A DNA stretch of 55,259 bases from an uncultured Kiloniellaceae bacterium (GCA_964194935.1 CAXMOL010000066.1:1-55259); one strand, 5' to 3'; positions 1-9,624 are shown, counted from the first letter of the stretch. Notes: generated by a model not told the origin, from the sequence alone. Numbers and translations are program-made.

Positions 1-6
1 GGCTCC

Positions 7-40
7 TGACTGATGACTGATGACTGATGACTGATGACTG
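7..40. repeat. 7-bp tandem repeat (TGACTGA)x4.9
   Basis: Read directly: TGACTGA at 7, 14, 21 and 28, plus TGACTG at 35. It is the reverse complement of the unit inside dnaE2. Confidence 0.95.
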
Positions 41-79
41 GCTTGTACCCTTTGTGTCAGCGCCTCGAAAGGACTCAGA

Positions 80-985
80 TTGATCGACTTTGCTGATCGA
101 GTAGCCATTGTGACCGGTGCCGGTCGGGGGCTCGGTGCCGAGCACGCCAAGCTGTTGGCTGCCCGCGGCGCTGCGGTGGTCGTAAACGACCCGGGTGTCG
201 CCACCGACGGCACCGCAGGCGAGCAGCGGCCTGCCGATGAGGTCGTCGCTGCGATCAAGGAAGCGGGTGGTGCTGCGGTCGCCGACTACGGCTCCGTCGC
301 CGAACCGGATTCGGCTCAAGCGATAGTCGATCGCGCTCTCGATGAGTACGGACGTCTCGACATCGTGATCAACAACGCCGGCATCCTGCGCGACAAGGCG
401 TTCCACAACTTGGAATGGGACGACTTCCACGCGGTCCTTGACGTGCACCTCAGGGGCGCCTTCTACGTGACCCGCCCGGCCTTTCGCCATATGCGAGAGC
501 AGGGATACGGGCGGGTCGTGATGACTTCGTCGGCTTCTGGCCTGCTCGGCAACTTCGGCCAGGCAAACTACGGAGCCGCCAAGATGGGCCTCGTTGGGCT
601 CATGAACGTGCTTGCCATCGAGGGAGCCAGTAAGGGCATCAAGGTAAATACGATCGCCCCGATCGCTGGCACTCGGATGACCCAGGAACTGCTTGGCCCG
701 ATGGCCGACAAACTCGACCCGGCGTTTGTGGCACCGGTGGTTGCCTACCTCGCTTCGGAGGCCTGCGATCTCACGGGTGAGGTGTTCTCGGTTGCGGGTG
801 GAACGGTGAGTCGGATGTTCGTGGGCCTCAGCCCTGGATGGTTCAAGCACCCCGAAAAGGAGGGTGTCCTGACACCAGAGGACGTCGAGGCGAACCTCGA
901 CACGATCCGCGCCGAAGACGGATACCTCGTGCCTATGACCAGCCAAGACGAGATCCAGAAGGTCGCAAAGCTGCTGTTGGCGTGA
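80..985 (+). CDS. SDR family oxidoreductase (peroxisomal MFE-2-like 3-hydroxyacyl-CoA dehydrogenase type)
   Basis: TGAGRGLG Rossmann motif, NNAGILRD and YGAAK catalytic motif. Confidence 0.9.
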   Translation: MIDFADRVAIVTGAGRGLGAEHAKLLAARGAAVVVNDPGVATDGTAGEQRPADEVVAAIKEAGGAAVADYGSVAEPDSAQAIVDRALDEYGRLDIVINNAGILRDKAFHNLEWDDFHAVLDVHLRGAFYVTRPAFRHMREQGYGRVVMTSSASGLLGNFGQANYGAAKMGLVGLMNVLAIEGASKGIKVNTIAPIAGTRMTQELLGPMADKLDPAFVAPVVAYLASEACDLTGEVFSVAGGTVSRMFVGLSPGWFKHPEKEGVLTPEDVEANLDTIRAEDGYLVPMTSQDEIQKVAKLLLA

Positions 986-1050
986 ACCTCGGCGACGCCG
1001 CGAAGTCGGCCCGGCATGACTGCATCGGGCCTCCGGCCGGTGGGTAGGTT

Positions 1051-2739
1051 GTGGCGATGCAAGAGCTAGAGATCAAGGCCCGCGACTGGATTGAGGGCGA
1101 TCCGGACCCGGATACCCGCTCCGAGTTACAGGCAATAGTCGCCTCCGGCGATATGGATGCGCTCGAATCCCGAATGGGATCATCGCTTCAATTCGGCACG
1201 GCAGGCCTCCGAGGGATGGTTGGTGCTGGATCGGCTCGGATGAACCGTGCAGTGGTGATCAGGACTACGGCCGGACTGGCCCGATACCTTCAAGCGCAGG
1301 GCCACGGTGAGGGTCCGATTGCCCTCGGCTATGACGGGCGAACCTCTAGTCGCCAGTTTGCTGAGGACGCGGCCGGCGTCCTTGTCGCTGCCGGGATGGA
1401 GGTCCGATATTTCGAGGGGACTGCGCCGACTCCGCTCGTGTCCTTCGCTGCCCGAGATCTCGGTGCCGTGGCAGCGGTCGTTGTCACGGCCAGCCACAAC
1501 CCGTCGGCGGACAACGGATACAAGGTCTATGACTCCAACTCCGCCCAGATAATCCCTCCGGTGGATGGGGCCATCGCCGCCGCCATCGCCGCGGTGGGTC
1601 CGGCCAATCAGGTTCCTCGAATCGAGGGAGCGCTTGACGGCTCGTCGGCCTTGGCCACGCCTTTAACGGGATTGGAGGATCGCTATCTCAACGAGGTTCT
1701 GGCGTTCCGCGCCTCGCCGGTCTCGGGCCCGTCGCCGCGAATCGCGTATACCCCCCTTCATGGGGTGGGTGGACCGCTTTGCCTGCGCGCCCTTGCTGTC
1801 GGCGGACACGAATCGGTGGTCGTGGTTTCCGATCAATTTGAGCCAGACGGACGGTTTCCCACGGTTGCGTTCCCGAATCCAGAGGAACCCGGCGCGATGG
1901 ACATGGTCGAGGCCTTGGGTGCTGCGGAAGGGGCCCAATTGGTCGTCGCCAACGATCCCGACGCTGATCGTCTCGCGGTAAGCATCTCGGTCGCGGGAGG
2001 CTGGCGCCGGTTGACCGGGAACGAGATTGGGGTGCTGCTGGCCGACTTCGTTCTACGGCGGGTCGGTGGTGGGTCAAAGGACCTGGTACTCAACAGCATC
2101 GTCTCCTCTCCGATGCTGGCGTCGGTCGCCGCGGCGTACGGTGCTCGATTCGAACAGACGCTCACCGGGTTCAAGTGGATAGCCAACGCAGGCTTGGATC
2201 TCGAACAGGAGGGATATCGCTTCCTGTTCGGTTTCGAGGAGGCGCTCGGCTACACGGTCGGGCCCGTTGTGCGAGACAAGGATGGGATATCTGCAGCGTT
2301 GTGGTTTGCCGATCTGGTCGCTTTTGAGGCCGACGCGGGTCGGACGGTGTTGGATCGGCTGGGTGACCTGTGGGACGAACACGGGTTGTGGATGAGCGCC
2401 CAGCACAGCATCAAGCGGCCTGGAAGTGATGGTGTTGTGGAGATCGCCGCCGCGATGGGTCGGTTGCGGACGGCCACGCCCGATCAAGTGTCAGGACATG
2501 ACGTCTTGGATGTCACCGACTTTGCCGCCGGGGCCGCCGACCGTCCTCGGTGGCTTCCTGCCGCCAATCTCGTTGTGCTCCACTTGGAAGGGGGGAGTCG
2601 AGTTCTAGCCCGGCCGAGCGGTACGGAACCGAAGCTCAAGTTCTACGCCGACGTGTGCGGAGCTGGAGACCCTCATGATGTGGCCGACGAGGCGTCGAGC
2701 CTTGCCGAGGGCCTTGCTGCTGCCATAGGTTTGAGATGA
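1051..2739 (+). CDS. Phospho-sugar mutase (phosphomannomutase/phosphoglucomutase family)
   Basis: FGTAGLRG, TASHNP phosphoserine loop, DPDADR metal loop, FEEALG and RPSGTEPKLKFY. Confidence 0.95.
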   Translation: MAMQELEIKARDWIEGDPDPDTRSELQAIVASGDMDALESRMGSSLQFGTAGLRGMVGAGSARMNRAVVIRTTAGLARYLQAQGHGEGPIALGYDGRTSSRQFAEDAAGVLVAAGMEVRYFEGTAPTPLVSFAARDLGAVAAVVVTASHNPSADNGYKVYDSNSAQIIPPVDGAIAAAIAAVGPANQVPRIEGALDGSSALATPLTGLEDRYLNEVLAFRASPVSGPSPRIAYTPLHGVGGPLCLRALAVGGHESVVVVSDQFEPDGRFPTVAFPNPEEPGAMDMVEALGAAEGAQLVVANDPDADRLAVSISVAGGWRRLTGNEIGVLLADFVLRRVGGGSKDLVLNSIVSSPMLASVAAAYGARFEQTLTGFKWIANAGLDLEQEGYRFLFGFEEALGYTVGPVVRDKDGISAALWFADLVAFEADAGRTVLDRLGDLWDEHGLWMSAQHSIKRPGSDGVVEIAAAMGRLRTATPDQVSGHDVLDVTDFAAGAADRPRWLPAANLVVLHLEGGSRVLARPSGTEPKLKFYADVCGAGDPHDVADEASSLAEGLAAAIGLR

Positions 2740-3338
2740 CGGCACTCGCTGCGGTGTTGCGCCGGGAGAGGCCCGTGGCGATCTTTACGGTCGGATTCAC
2801 CGTCGTGTTTACGATCGTCGGCTTGGTACGGCACCAGAACTTTCTTTGGATCTACCTGCCGGCATTGGTGGCTTCGGTCGGAATCGTCGTCTGGATCGAT
2901 CGCAGATGGGGACCCGTTCCGTCGGCGCTGTTGTGGATGCTGTCGGTTTGGGCGGCAATGCACCTTGCCGGGGGTCTCGCCGCCAATCCGACCGGAAAGA
3001 CCGAGATCCTCTACGGCATGTGGATCGTCGACGGAGTCTTGCGCTGGGATCAATTGGTACACGGCTTCGGGATCGCGGCCGCCACGGCAGTATTCGTGGT
3101 GGCTGCTCGAGAGACCGACCGGCCGCTGCTGTGGGGATTTGTCTGGGGCCAGGTGCCGGGCCTGGTCAATGAGACGGTTGAAAACGTGTTTGCTCACTTC
3201 GTCGAAGGTTCGAACGTCGGTGATGCAGTGAACACGGCGTGGGATCTCGGATGGCATTTGATCGGCGGGGCTATCGCGGTGGTGACGATCGGTGTTCGTG
3301 GTATTCCTGGTGTCGTCGCGTCCGAGAGCGCGTCGTGA
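2736..3338 (+). CDS. Integral membrane protein, DUF2238-like
   Basis: About 5 hydrophobic segments, a WDQLVHGFG motif and NETVE / TAWDL segments. ATGA overlap with the mutase. Confidence 0.6.
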   Translation: MTALAAVLRRERPVAIFTVGFTVVFTIVGLVRHQNFLWIYLPALVASVGIVVWIDRRWGPVPSALLWMLSVWAAMHLAGGLAANPTGKTEILYGMWIVDGVLRWDQLVHGFGIAAATAVFVVAARETDRPLLWGFVWGQVPGLVNETVENVFAHFVEGSNVGDAVNTAWDLGWHLIGGAIAVVTIGVRGIPGVVASESAS

Positions 3339-3811
3339 CGATTCCCGACGCCTCGCTGCGTGTGGTCGAGTCGGGCAAGTCGCTTGGATTCGAGGTCGAC
3401 GTGCATGTGTTTCCAGATGGCACCAAGACATCGCAGGACGCGGCTAATGCCATCGGCTGTGAGCTGTCGGCGATTGCCAAGTCGATCGTCCTGACGCTCG
3501 ATGAGTCAGAGCAGGTTGTGGTGTTTGCCAGCGGTGACACCAGGATCGATCTCGAGCGCCTCGCCGAGGTGGCGAAGGCCGGATCGGCGAGGCGGGCCAC
3601 GCTCGACGAGGCTCGAGCGGCGACCGGTTTCGCCGCCGGTGGCACACCGCCGTTTGGATATTCATCGCCGTTGCGGGTGTTTGCGGATGTGGCGCTGCAG
3701 CGCCACATCGACGTTTGGTCGGCTGGTGGCACTCCGACGACAGTGTTTCCGATCCCGCTGGCAACCCTTGTGCGGCTGACCGGGGCCGAATGGGTGGACG
3801 TCAGCGTCTAG
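3335..3811 (+). CDS. YbaK/EbsC family aminoacyl-tRNA deacylase
   Basis: TKTSQDAANAIGC, IAKSIV and GFAAGGTPPFG. The GTG at 3335 overlaps the upstream stop (GTGA). Confidence 0.9.
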   Translation: MTIPDASLRVVESGKSLGFEVDVHVFPDGTKTSQDAANAIGCELSAIAKSIVLTLDESEQVVVFASGDTRIDLERLAEVAKAGSARRATLDEARAATGFAAGGTPPFGYSSPLRVFADVALQRHIDVWSAGGTPTTVFPIPLATLVRLTGAEWVDVSV

Positions 3812-4791
3812 AGAAGGATGATGTCCTGTTGGTCGATGCCGATCTGGATCTTCTCTCCTTCGGCGATGCGTTGAGGTGCTTCGACTTCAAGAATTGCCGA
3901 TCCGAGTTGAACGCCGGCCACCCAGCCGGGCCCGCGGAAGTGTGAATAGGCGACGGTGACCGGCGTTCCTCCATCCGTCACGATCGTGGCCCGCCGGATG
4001 AGAACGGTGGCTTGACCCTCAGCAACGGCGACAGGCAGAGACACATCACCGACTTCGAGAGAGGTCCCGGTCGAGTGAGCCTCGACAACACAGGTGTGGC
4101 CGAGCATCAGGGCAGCTTCGGTGCTTCCCGGGCTGAGCCACACCGCATCGGGGGATCCCGACACTGCAGAGCGCCCACCGTCGAGGACCATGATCTGGTC
4201 GCCCAAGGCGGACGCCTCCTGTGCGTCATGGGTGACGATGACGGTCGGAATCGCTGTGGCGCGAAGCAGTTGCGAGAGCTCACCTGCCACGCGCCGTCGG
4301 TAGGCAGGATCGAGCGAGCCCAGTGGCTCGTCGAGGAGCAACGCTTTGGGGCGGGTAGCCAGAGTCCGGGCAAGGGCGACGCGTTGTGCCTGACCGCCCG
4401 ACAGCTGATCGACGCTGCGACGTTCCATTCCCTCAAGTCCTACGGCGTCGAGCGCGGCGGCTACCGACGTCTCAGTGTCGACGATACCGGCGGCCCTCAA
4501 TCCGTAGCTCACGTTTCTGCCGACGTCGAGGTGAGGGAAGAGGGCAAAATCCTGGAAGACCAGGCCAATTCCTCGCTCATGCGTCGGGACGCTGGTGAGA
4601 TCTGTGCCTCCGAGCAGGACGCTGCCGCTGACGAGTGGTACCAGACCGGCTATCGCTCTCAGGAGCGAAGTCTTGCCCGATCCGCTTCGGCCGAGGAGGG
4701 CCAGAGTTTCTCCGCTACCGACGGTGACGTCGACGTCGCTGACTGCCACCAGATCGTCGTAGTGCACGGTGATCCCTCGGGCCTCGAGCAT
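3808..4791 (-). CDS. thiQ: ABC transporter ATP-binding subunit of the thiamine uptake system (ThiQ-like)
   Basis: Walker A GRSGSGKT, LSGGQAQRVALAR and LLLDEP. The ATG at 4791 overlaps the permease stop; the longer ORF-track start is unlikely. Confidence 0.85.
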   Translation of the reverse strand: MLEARGITVHYDDLVAVSDVDVTVGSGETLALLGRSGSGKTSLLRAIAGLVPLVSGSVLLGGTDLTSVPTHERGIGLVFQDFALFPHLDVGRNVSYGLRAAGIVDTETSVAAALDAVGLEGMERRSVDQLSGGQAQRVALARTLATRPKALLLDEPLGSLDPAYRRRVAGELSQLLRATAIPTVIVTHDAQEASALGDQIMVLDGGRSAVSGSPDAVWLSPGSTEAALMLGHTCVVEAHSTGTSLEVGDVSLPVAVAEGQATVLIRRATIVTDGGTPVTVAYSHFRGPGWVAGVQLGSAILEVEAPQRIAEGEKIQIGIDQQDIILL

Positions 4792-6380
4792 CAGAACTCG
4801 CCGACTCCCGGTGCCCGTAGTCGCTCCAGCAGGGCGACCGCCGCTGCTGTGATGGCGATGAGGACCAGTGAAAGGGCTAGCGCCGCCGACCGGCTGGCAT
4901 TTCCGGGGCCCAGCAAGCGGAAGATCGCCAGAGTCATGGTTTGGCCACCCGGGCGGGCGATGAAGAGGGTTGCCCCGAATTCTCCGAGGCTGATCACAAA
5001 TGCAAGTGCTGCTGCACCGGCTGCCGCCGGCGTGAGCATTGGCAGATCGATGGTGCGCCAGACGTGGCGGGGTGAGGCTCCCAGCGTTGCAGCTGCTTCG
5101 CGCAGGTGAGATGCCATGGATCGGACGACTGGGACTGTAAGGCGAACCACGAAGGGGATTGCGATCAGGGCGTGGGCAATTGGTACCAGCAACCACCACG
5201 TGCGCAGGTCCACAGGAGCGTCGAGCGCAATAACGAATCCAAATCCGAGCGTCACTGCTGATGATGCGATGGGGAGCATGATCAGGGTGTCCAGCCATCG
5301 GCTCGAACCGGAACGTCGATTGGCGATGAACGTTGCCGCAGGTAATCCGACCGCAAGCGCGATGACGCACGCGACGATGCCGTATCCCAGTGAGTTACCC
5401 ACGGCCCGCAGAGGGTCTACAACGGCGGGGTCGACGGCGGCGAGTGCCCGGAATGCTCCGAATCCGAGGGATCCCCCCGGCGCCAGGGTGCGTACGAGAA
5501 TCGCCCCCAGAGGGAGGGACACCACGGTGAGCGCTGGCGCCAGGGCAATAAAGATCCACAATCGATCACGGCCGCGGGGACGTCGTCGGGCTGCCGTGCC
5601 TGCGACAAGGTGCTGCTGTGTCGCCGATCGGGCCTGGCGGCCGGAATAGACGAGGAGTGCCGCTGTAACCCCGACCAATTGGACCAGAGCCAACGCAGCG
5701 GCGGTGGGAAGATCGAATATCAGGGCGGCGTCTCGATAGATCTCCACTTCGATCGTGGCCAATCTCGGTGCCCCCAGTAGCAACACGATTCCGAATGAGG
5801 TAAACGAGAACAGGAACACGATTGCCCCTGCAGCGGCGAGAGCCGGCCGTAGTAGGGGGAGGGTGACGGTTCGGAATATCCGCCACTGAGATGCGCCAAG
5901 AGTCGCGGCCGCGCCTTCTAGTGCAGGATCGAGGTGGCTCCACAGACCGCCAACGGTTCGGACCACGACGGCGAGGTTGAAGAACACGTGAGCGGCGATG
6001 ATCGCCCAAGTGGTACCTGCAAGGTCGATGCCGAGCGTTCCCTGTGGCCCGATCAACGCCAGGAAGGCGACCGCGACGACGACGGTCGGCAATACGAAGG
6101 GGATTGTGAGCAGGGTGCGCAGAGCACCCCGGCCGCGAAAATCGAACCGAGTAAGGGCGTATGCCGCAGGCACACCGATTACAAGGGCTGCCGCGGTGGA
6201 GGCGAGCGCCTGCCAGACCGTAAACCACACAACCGAGCGCAACCCGTGCTCGCCAAAAAGACTGATGATCCGACCCGGATCCTCTCCGAGGGCGGTACTT
6301 AGGATCGACAGCATCGGCCACACAAAGAATCCGAGACCGATGACCAAGGCCGGGATCGTGAGAAGCCTGGATGGTCTCAT
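4791..6380 (-). CDS. thiP: Thiamine ABC transporter permease (ThiP-like)
   Basis: Two EAAATLGAS (EAA) loops and many TM segments. It lies in the TPP-riboswitch operon. Confidence 0.85.
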   Translation of the reverse strand: MRPSRLLTIPALVIGLGFFVWPMLSILSTALGEDPGRIISLFGEHGLRSVVWFTVWQALASTAAALVIGVPAAYALTRFDFRGRGALRTLLTIPFVLPTVVVAVAFLALIGPQGTLGIDLAGTTWAIIAAHVFFNLAVVVRTVGGLWSHLDPALEGAAATLGASQWRIFRTVTLPLLRPALAAAGAIVFLFSFTSFGIVLLLGAPRLATIEVEIYRDAALIFDLPTAAALALVQLVGVTAALLVYSGRQARSATQQHLVAGTAARRRPRGRDRLWIFIALAPALTVVSLPLGAILVRTLAPGGSLGFGAFRALAAVDPAVVDPLRAVGNSLGYGIVACVIALAVGLPAATFIANRRSGSSRWLDTLIMLPIASSAVTLGFGFVIALDAPVDLRTWWLLVPIAHALIAIPFVVRLTVPVVRSMASHLREAAATLGASPRHVWRTIDLPMLTPAAAGAAALAFVISLGEFGATLFIARPGGQTMTLAIFRLLGPGNASRSAALALSLVLIAITAAAVALLERLRAPGVGEF

Positions 6381-6381
6381 T

Positions 6382-7401
6382 TCAGCGCAGAACCGTCTCG
6401 ACCCACTCGGCCAGCCAACGCTCCCGATTGTCATCGATGGCCTCAGGGTCGATCACAGCCGGTTCGGCCGGTATCCGGGTGTTGGTAACGAATACTTCGG
6501 GGAGGTCGACTCCGGAGCGGACCGGGAACACGAACATCGAGGTGGGGACGGCTTGCTGGAAGGCAGCGGAGAGCATGAAGTCGATCAGGGCGCGGGCGCC
6601 AGCGGGATTCTCTGTGCCCCGCAGCACACCGGCGTATTCCACCTGCCGGAAGCAACCCGCCTCGATGACGCCTGTGGTCGCCCGATCAATCGGCGGATCA
6701 GCGAACAGCACCTCGGCCGGTGGCGAAGATGCGTAGGACACGACGATCGGCCGGTCTCCGCCGCCGGCTCCCGAGAACGAGCCGTAGTAGGCGGTTCCCC
6801 AATCACCGACGATCTGGACATCGTTGGCGCGTAGATCGCCCCAGAAGTCTCGCCAGGTGTAATCACCCGTTTCGCCAAATTCGTGGATCGTTGCGAGGAG
6901 GAAGGCGAGCCCCGGACTTGAGATCGTCGGATCCGGCACGACGAGTAGCCCTGCGTAGGCGCTGGATGTGAGATCGCGCAGTACAGAAGGCGGATCTGTG
7001 AGTAGTTCCTTGTCGTAGTTGAGACAGACGTCGCCTAGGTCGATCGGTGTTGCCGCATCGCGGGCAACGTGGAGTTCTGGTGGAACGAACTCAAGTTGCG
7101 GACTCCGATACGGGTCGAACAGGTCCGCCCCGATCGCTCTGGATAGGAGCGTCGTATCCACGCCGAAGATCACATCGGCGACGGGGTTGCCGGCGGTGAG
7201 AATCGACTGATTCACAACGATGGCGGCGTCCCCACCACGCACGATCTGGACATCAAATCCGGTCTCTGCGGAGAAAGCGTCCAGCAACTCGTCAGAGATT
7301 GCGAAGAAGTCGTGAGTGAGCAGGCGCACGGTGTCGGGGGTCTCTTCACCACATGCCGCAAATACCAGTGTTAGTGCGACAAGGATTGCTATCCGTCTCA
7401 T
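6382..7401 (-). CDS. thiB: Thiamine ABC transporter substrate-binding lipoprotein
   Basis: Lipobox VFAAC, THDFF, GDVCLNYDK, SSPGLAFLLAT, SYASSPPAE and CFRQVEYAG, all typical of ThiB/TbpA. Confidence 0.9.
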   Translation of the reverse strand: MRRIAILVALTLVFAACGEETPDTVRLLTHDFFAISDELLDAFSAETGFDVQIVRGGDAAIVVNQSILTAGNPVADVIFGVDTTLLSRAIGADLFDPYRSPQLEFVPPELHVARDAATPIDLGDVCLNYDKELLTDPPSVLRDLTSSAYAGLLVVPDPTISSPGLAFLLATIHEFGETGDYTWRDFWGDLRANDVQIVGDWGTAYYGSFSGAGGGDRPIVVSYASSPPAEVLFADPPIDRATTGVIEAGCFRQVEYAGVLRGTENPAGARALIDFMLSAAFQQAVPTSMFVFPVRSGVDLPEVFVTNTRIPAEPAVIDPEAIDDNRERWLAEWVETVLR

Positions 7402-8027
7402 GGAGTGCTCCTCGTGTGGGCGAGCAGTACAACTCCACTGTGCACCTGGAGGCGGACAAGCTCGGTGGTGGCCTCATTGCTGATTCCACGGGTCGACCCG
7501 AAGGTAAGAGTCTCTGCCTGGAGTTCCCACCGGGTTCCTTGAAGCGTCACCGCGGCGTCTCCGCCGACCGGGACCAGCGAGACCAGGTCCCCGGGACTGG
7601 TGCCCAGCTCCCTTGAATCTCGTGTCGGATAGATGACGGTGCCGGGGGTGTGCCACTCGATGTTGACATCAGCCCACCGATCGGAAGCAAGCAGCGTGGC
7701 GATGCCAAGGAGGTGGTCGAGCCGACCGCTGCCTCCTCCTGCAACGATGATGCGCCGGGCGCTCCGTTCGACTGCCGCCGTCATCGCCAGGTCGAGATCC
7801 GTGGCGTCTTTGTCGGTGGGGTGGGCTTCAACCACGGCCCCGGCTTGGCGGGCAGCGTCGAGATCTTTCGGGAGTACCGAGTCGAGGTCGCCGACCACGA
7901 CATCGACCGTCAATCCCAGACCTTCTGCCAGGGCGAGGCCGGAGTCGGCGGCGATCACGAGATCTGCCTGGGGAAGTCCGCCGGGGGAGGGTCCACCCCC
8001 GCTGAGAATGATGATGGTTCGTTCCAC
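7398..8027 (-). CDS. thiN: Thiamine pyrophosphokinase
   Basis: IAADSG, VVGDLDS, KDATD, GRLDH and GSTRGISNE. GTG start at 8027 with GGAGG upstream; the ORF-track ATG at 8045 lies inside the riboswitch. Confidence 0.9.
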   Translation of the reverse strand: MERTIIILSGGGPSPGGLPQADLVIAADSGLALAEGLGLTVDVVVGDLDSVLPKDLDAARQAGAVVEAHPTDKDATDLDLAMTAAVERSARRIIVAGGGSGRLDHLLGIATLLASDRWADVNIEWHTPGTVIYPTRDSRELGTSPGDLVSLVPVGGDAAVTLQGTRWELQAETLTFGSTRGISNEATTELVRLQVHSGVVLLAHTRSTP

Positions 8028-8114
8028 GCCTGCCTCCGCTGGCATTACCCAGATCAGGTCGTTCGGGTCGGTGGTGGCTCCACCCTCTCAGTCGCTGGGC
8101 GACTCCCCGGTGTG
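8025..8114 (-). ncRNA. TPP (THI-box) riboswitch
   Basis: The minus strand reads CACACCGGGGAGTC...GACTGAGAG...GACCCGAACGACCTGATCTGGGTAATGCCAGCGGAGGCAGGCGTG, matching the conserved TPP cores. It lies directly upstream of the thiamine genes. Confidence 0.93.
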
Positions 8115-8162
8115 TGTCAACACCATAACCGTGGCCGTCCCTGGCGCCGCAGAAAAACCCCT

Positions 8163-8220
8163 TGACAACGTGACAGCATTATGACATCATAACGACATCA
8201 TTCTTGACACCGAGATGACA
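8163..8220 (+). promoter_or_regulatory. Phased (T/C)GACA direct repeats, a putative operator for the downstream RHH regulator
   Basis: TGACA at 8163, 8171, 8182, 8205 and 8216, and CGACA at 8193. Spacing is 8, 11, 11, 12 and 11 bp. Confidence 0.6.
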
Positions 8221-8230
8221 GGAGGTCATC

Positions 8231-8383
8231 ATGTTGTATTCGACCGAGATGGTTATGGCGCAGAACAACTCCAGATTGGAAGAGGCCGCCACTAGGCGAC
8301 TGAGGAACCGGGCCAAGGCGACACGGAGCCGGCGACGGGCCGATGTGGTGCTGCTGCAAGTGCGACCCATCGCAGTCCACTAG
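8231..8383 (+). CDS. Small 50-aa Arg-rich protein (not in the ORF track)
   Basis: GGAGGT SD at 8221-8226, then ATG. Translation: MLYSTEMVMAQNNSRLEEAATRRLRNRAKATRSRRRADVVLLQVRPIAVH*. Confidence 0.6.
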   Translation: MLYSTEMVMAQNNSRLEEAATRRLRNRAKATRSRRRADVVLLQVRPIAVH

Positions 8384-8401
8384 ATCGAGGAGGCGAGAGG
8401 C

Positions 8402-8851
8402 ATGGATACGAGCATCGCGATGACCCGACTCGAAGCGGCCATCAAACGACACGTTCTGGTCGCGGGAGGCGACAGTGAGATGGAGGCGATGGCGGACACA
8501 CTGGTGGCGACACTCGAACCCGCTGTGCATCAGATTGCCCTCGATCTTGCCGAGCAGGCGGCCGCCGAGGTCTCTGCCCAACTTGCATCGCACGACATCG
8601 ATGTGGTGCTGAGTGAGGGCGAACCGACGTTGCGGGTCCGCTCTGGAGGAGAGGGCGCCGAGGCGTCCACCGAATCTCTCGATGCTCGGATCACGCTTCG
8701 GCTGCCGCCGACCCTCAAGGAGCGGGTCGAGGTGGCTGCCGAAGATGTGGGTGAGTCGGTCAATTCGTGGCTGGTCAAGGCGCTGGCCGCTCAGGCAAAG
8801 GAGCGAGACCGTCGCGGGGGTCGTCGTATCAGCGGGACGATCGAGACATGA
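8402..8851 (+). CDS. Ribbon-helix-helix DNA-binding protein (HicB-family antitoxin-like / Arc-type)
   Basis: C-terminal ARITLRLPPTLKERVEVAAEDVGESVNSWLVKAL RHH motif; GGAGG upstream. Confidence 0.8.
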   Translation: MDTSIAMTRLEAAIKRHVLVAGGDSEMEAMADTLVATLEPAVHQIALDLAEQAAAEVSAQLASHDIDVVLSEGEPTLRVRSGGEGAEASTESLDARITLRLPPTLKERVEVAAEDVGESVNSWLVKALAAQAKERDRRGGRRISGTIET

Positions 8852-9624
8852 GCGAGCGATACGAGAAGTTCGAGAGCACCGGAACTCCCCGAATCGGTCT
8901 ACGCCTTCCCGCCGGAGAAGCTCGAGTCGTCCCAGGACCGGCCGGCATCGTCGAGATTCGGTTGACCGGCAACGAAGCGACGATCGGGCGGTTTCTCGTC
9001 GAGGATCGAGGTGGGGAAATCGTCATCGAACCCGAAAGTGGCGGCGGAGTCGGACGTTGGTCGGGAGCGGCGATCGAAATCCGGGTGGGGTTGCCAGCCG
9101 CGATTCGAGCTCGGCTAGCTGCCGGAGATGTTGTCGTGGCGATGCCGGCGGAGTCGCTGGCGGTCGACGCCGCATCCGGCGATGTCGTCGCAGAAGACAT
9201 CAGCGGCGATGTAAAGGTGAAGACGGCGAGCGGAGATATCAGGCTCGGTGCGGTACAGGGACGCCTCGACGTGGCCGCCGCCTCTGGAGATATTCTTGTT
9301 CGGTCCGTGGCGGGCGATGTGACTGCCAAGTCGGCTTCAGGGGACATCGAGATCGGTGAGGCCGCAGGTGCGGTATCGGCTCATTCAGCGTCCGGTGAGA
9401 TTGCGGTCCGCCGGCTGACGGGCGACTCGTTCAACGCCAAGACGCTCTCCGGCGACGTCCAACTCGGTGTTGCTTCCGGGCGTAGGTTCTCGGTGTCGTT
9501 CCAGTCCCTTTCAGGGGACGTCCGTACCGACTTCCCCGTTTCGTCCGACTCTGCTCAGACGACCACCGCGCGCTTGGTCGTGAAGACGATGTCGGGCGAC
9601 ATTGTGGTGAGGGCCGCCGACTAG
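8848..9624 (+). CDS. DUF4097 family beta-strand repeat protein
   Basis: Repeated (T/A)xSGD(I/V) units. The ATG at 8848 overlaps the RHH stop. Confidence 0.85.
   Translation: MSERYEKFESTGTPRIGLRLPAGEARVVPGPAGIVEIRLTGNEATIGRFLVEDRGGEIVIEPESGGGVGRWSGAAIEIRVGLPAAIRARLAAGDVVVAMPAESLAVDAASGDVVAEDISGDVKVKTASGDIRLGAVQGRLDVAAASGDILVRSVAGDVTAKSASGDIEIGEAAGAVSAHSASGEIAVRRLTGDSFNAKTLSGDVQLGVASGRRFSVSFQSLSGDVRTDFPVSSDSAQTTTARLVVKTMSGDIVVRAAD

Noticed and set aside
7-40. Repeat at the window edge as a possible CRISPR remnant
   Set aside because: It is a contiguous 7-bp tandem array with no spacers, and there are no cas genes.
4012-5109. 365-aa plus-strand ORF opposite thiQ/thiP
   Set aside because: It is a typical antisense shadow of an ABC ATPase gene in high-GC DNA.
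8402-8851. HicB-like gene as a HicAB toxin-antitoxin system
   Set aside because: There is no HicA-like gene nearby; only the RHH part is recognisable.
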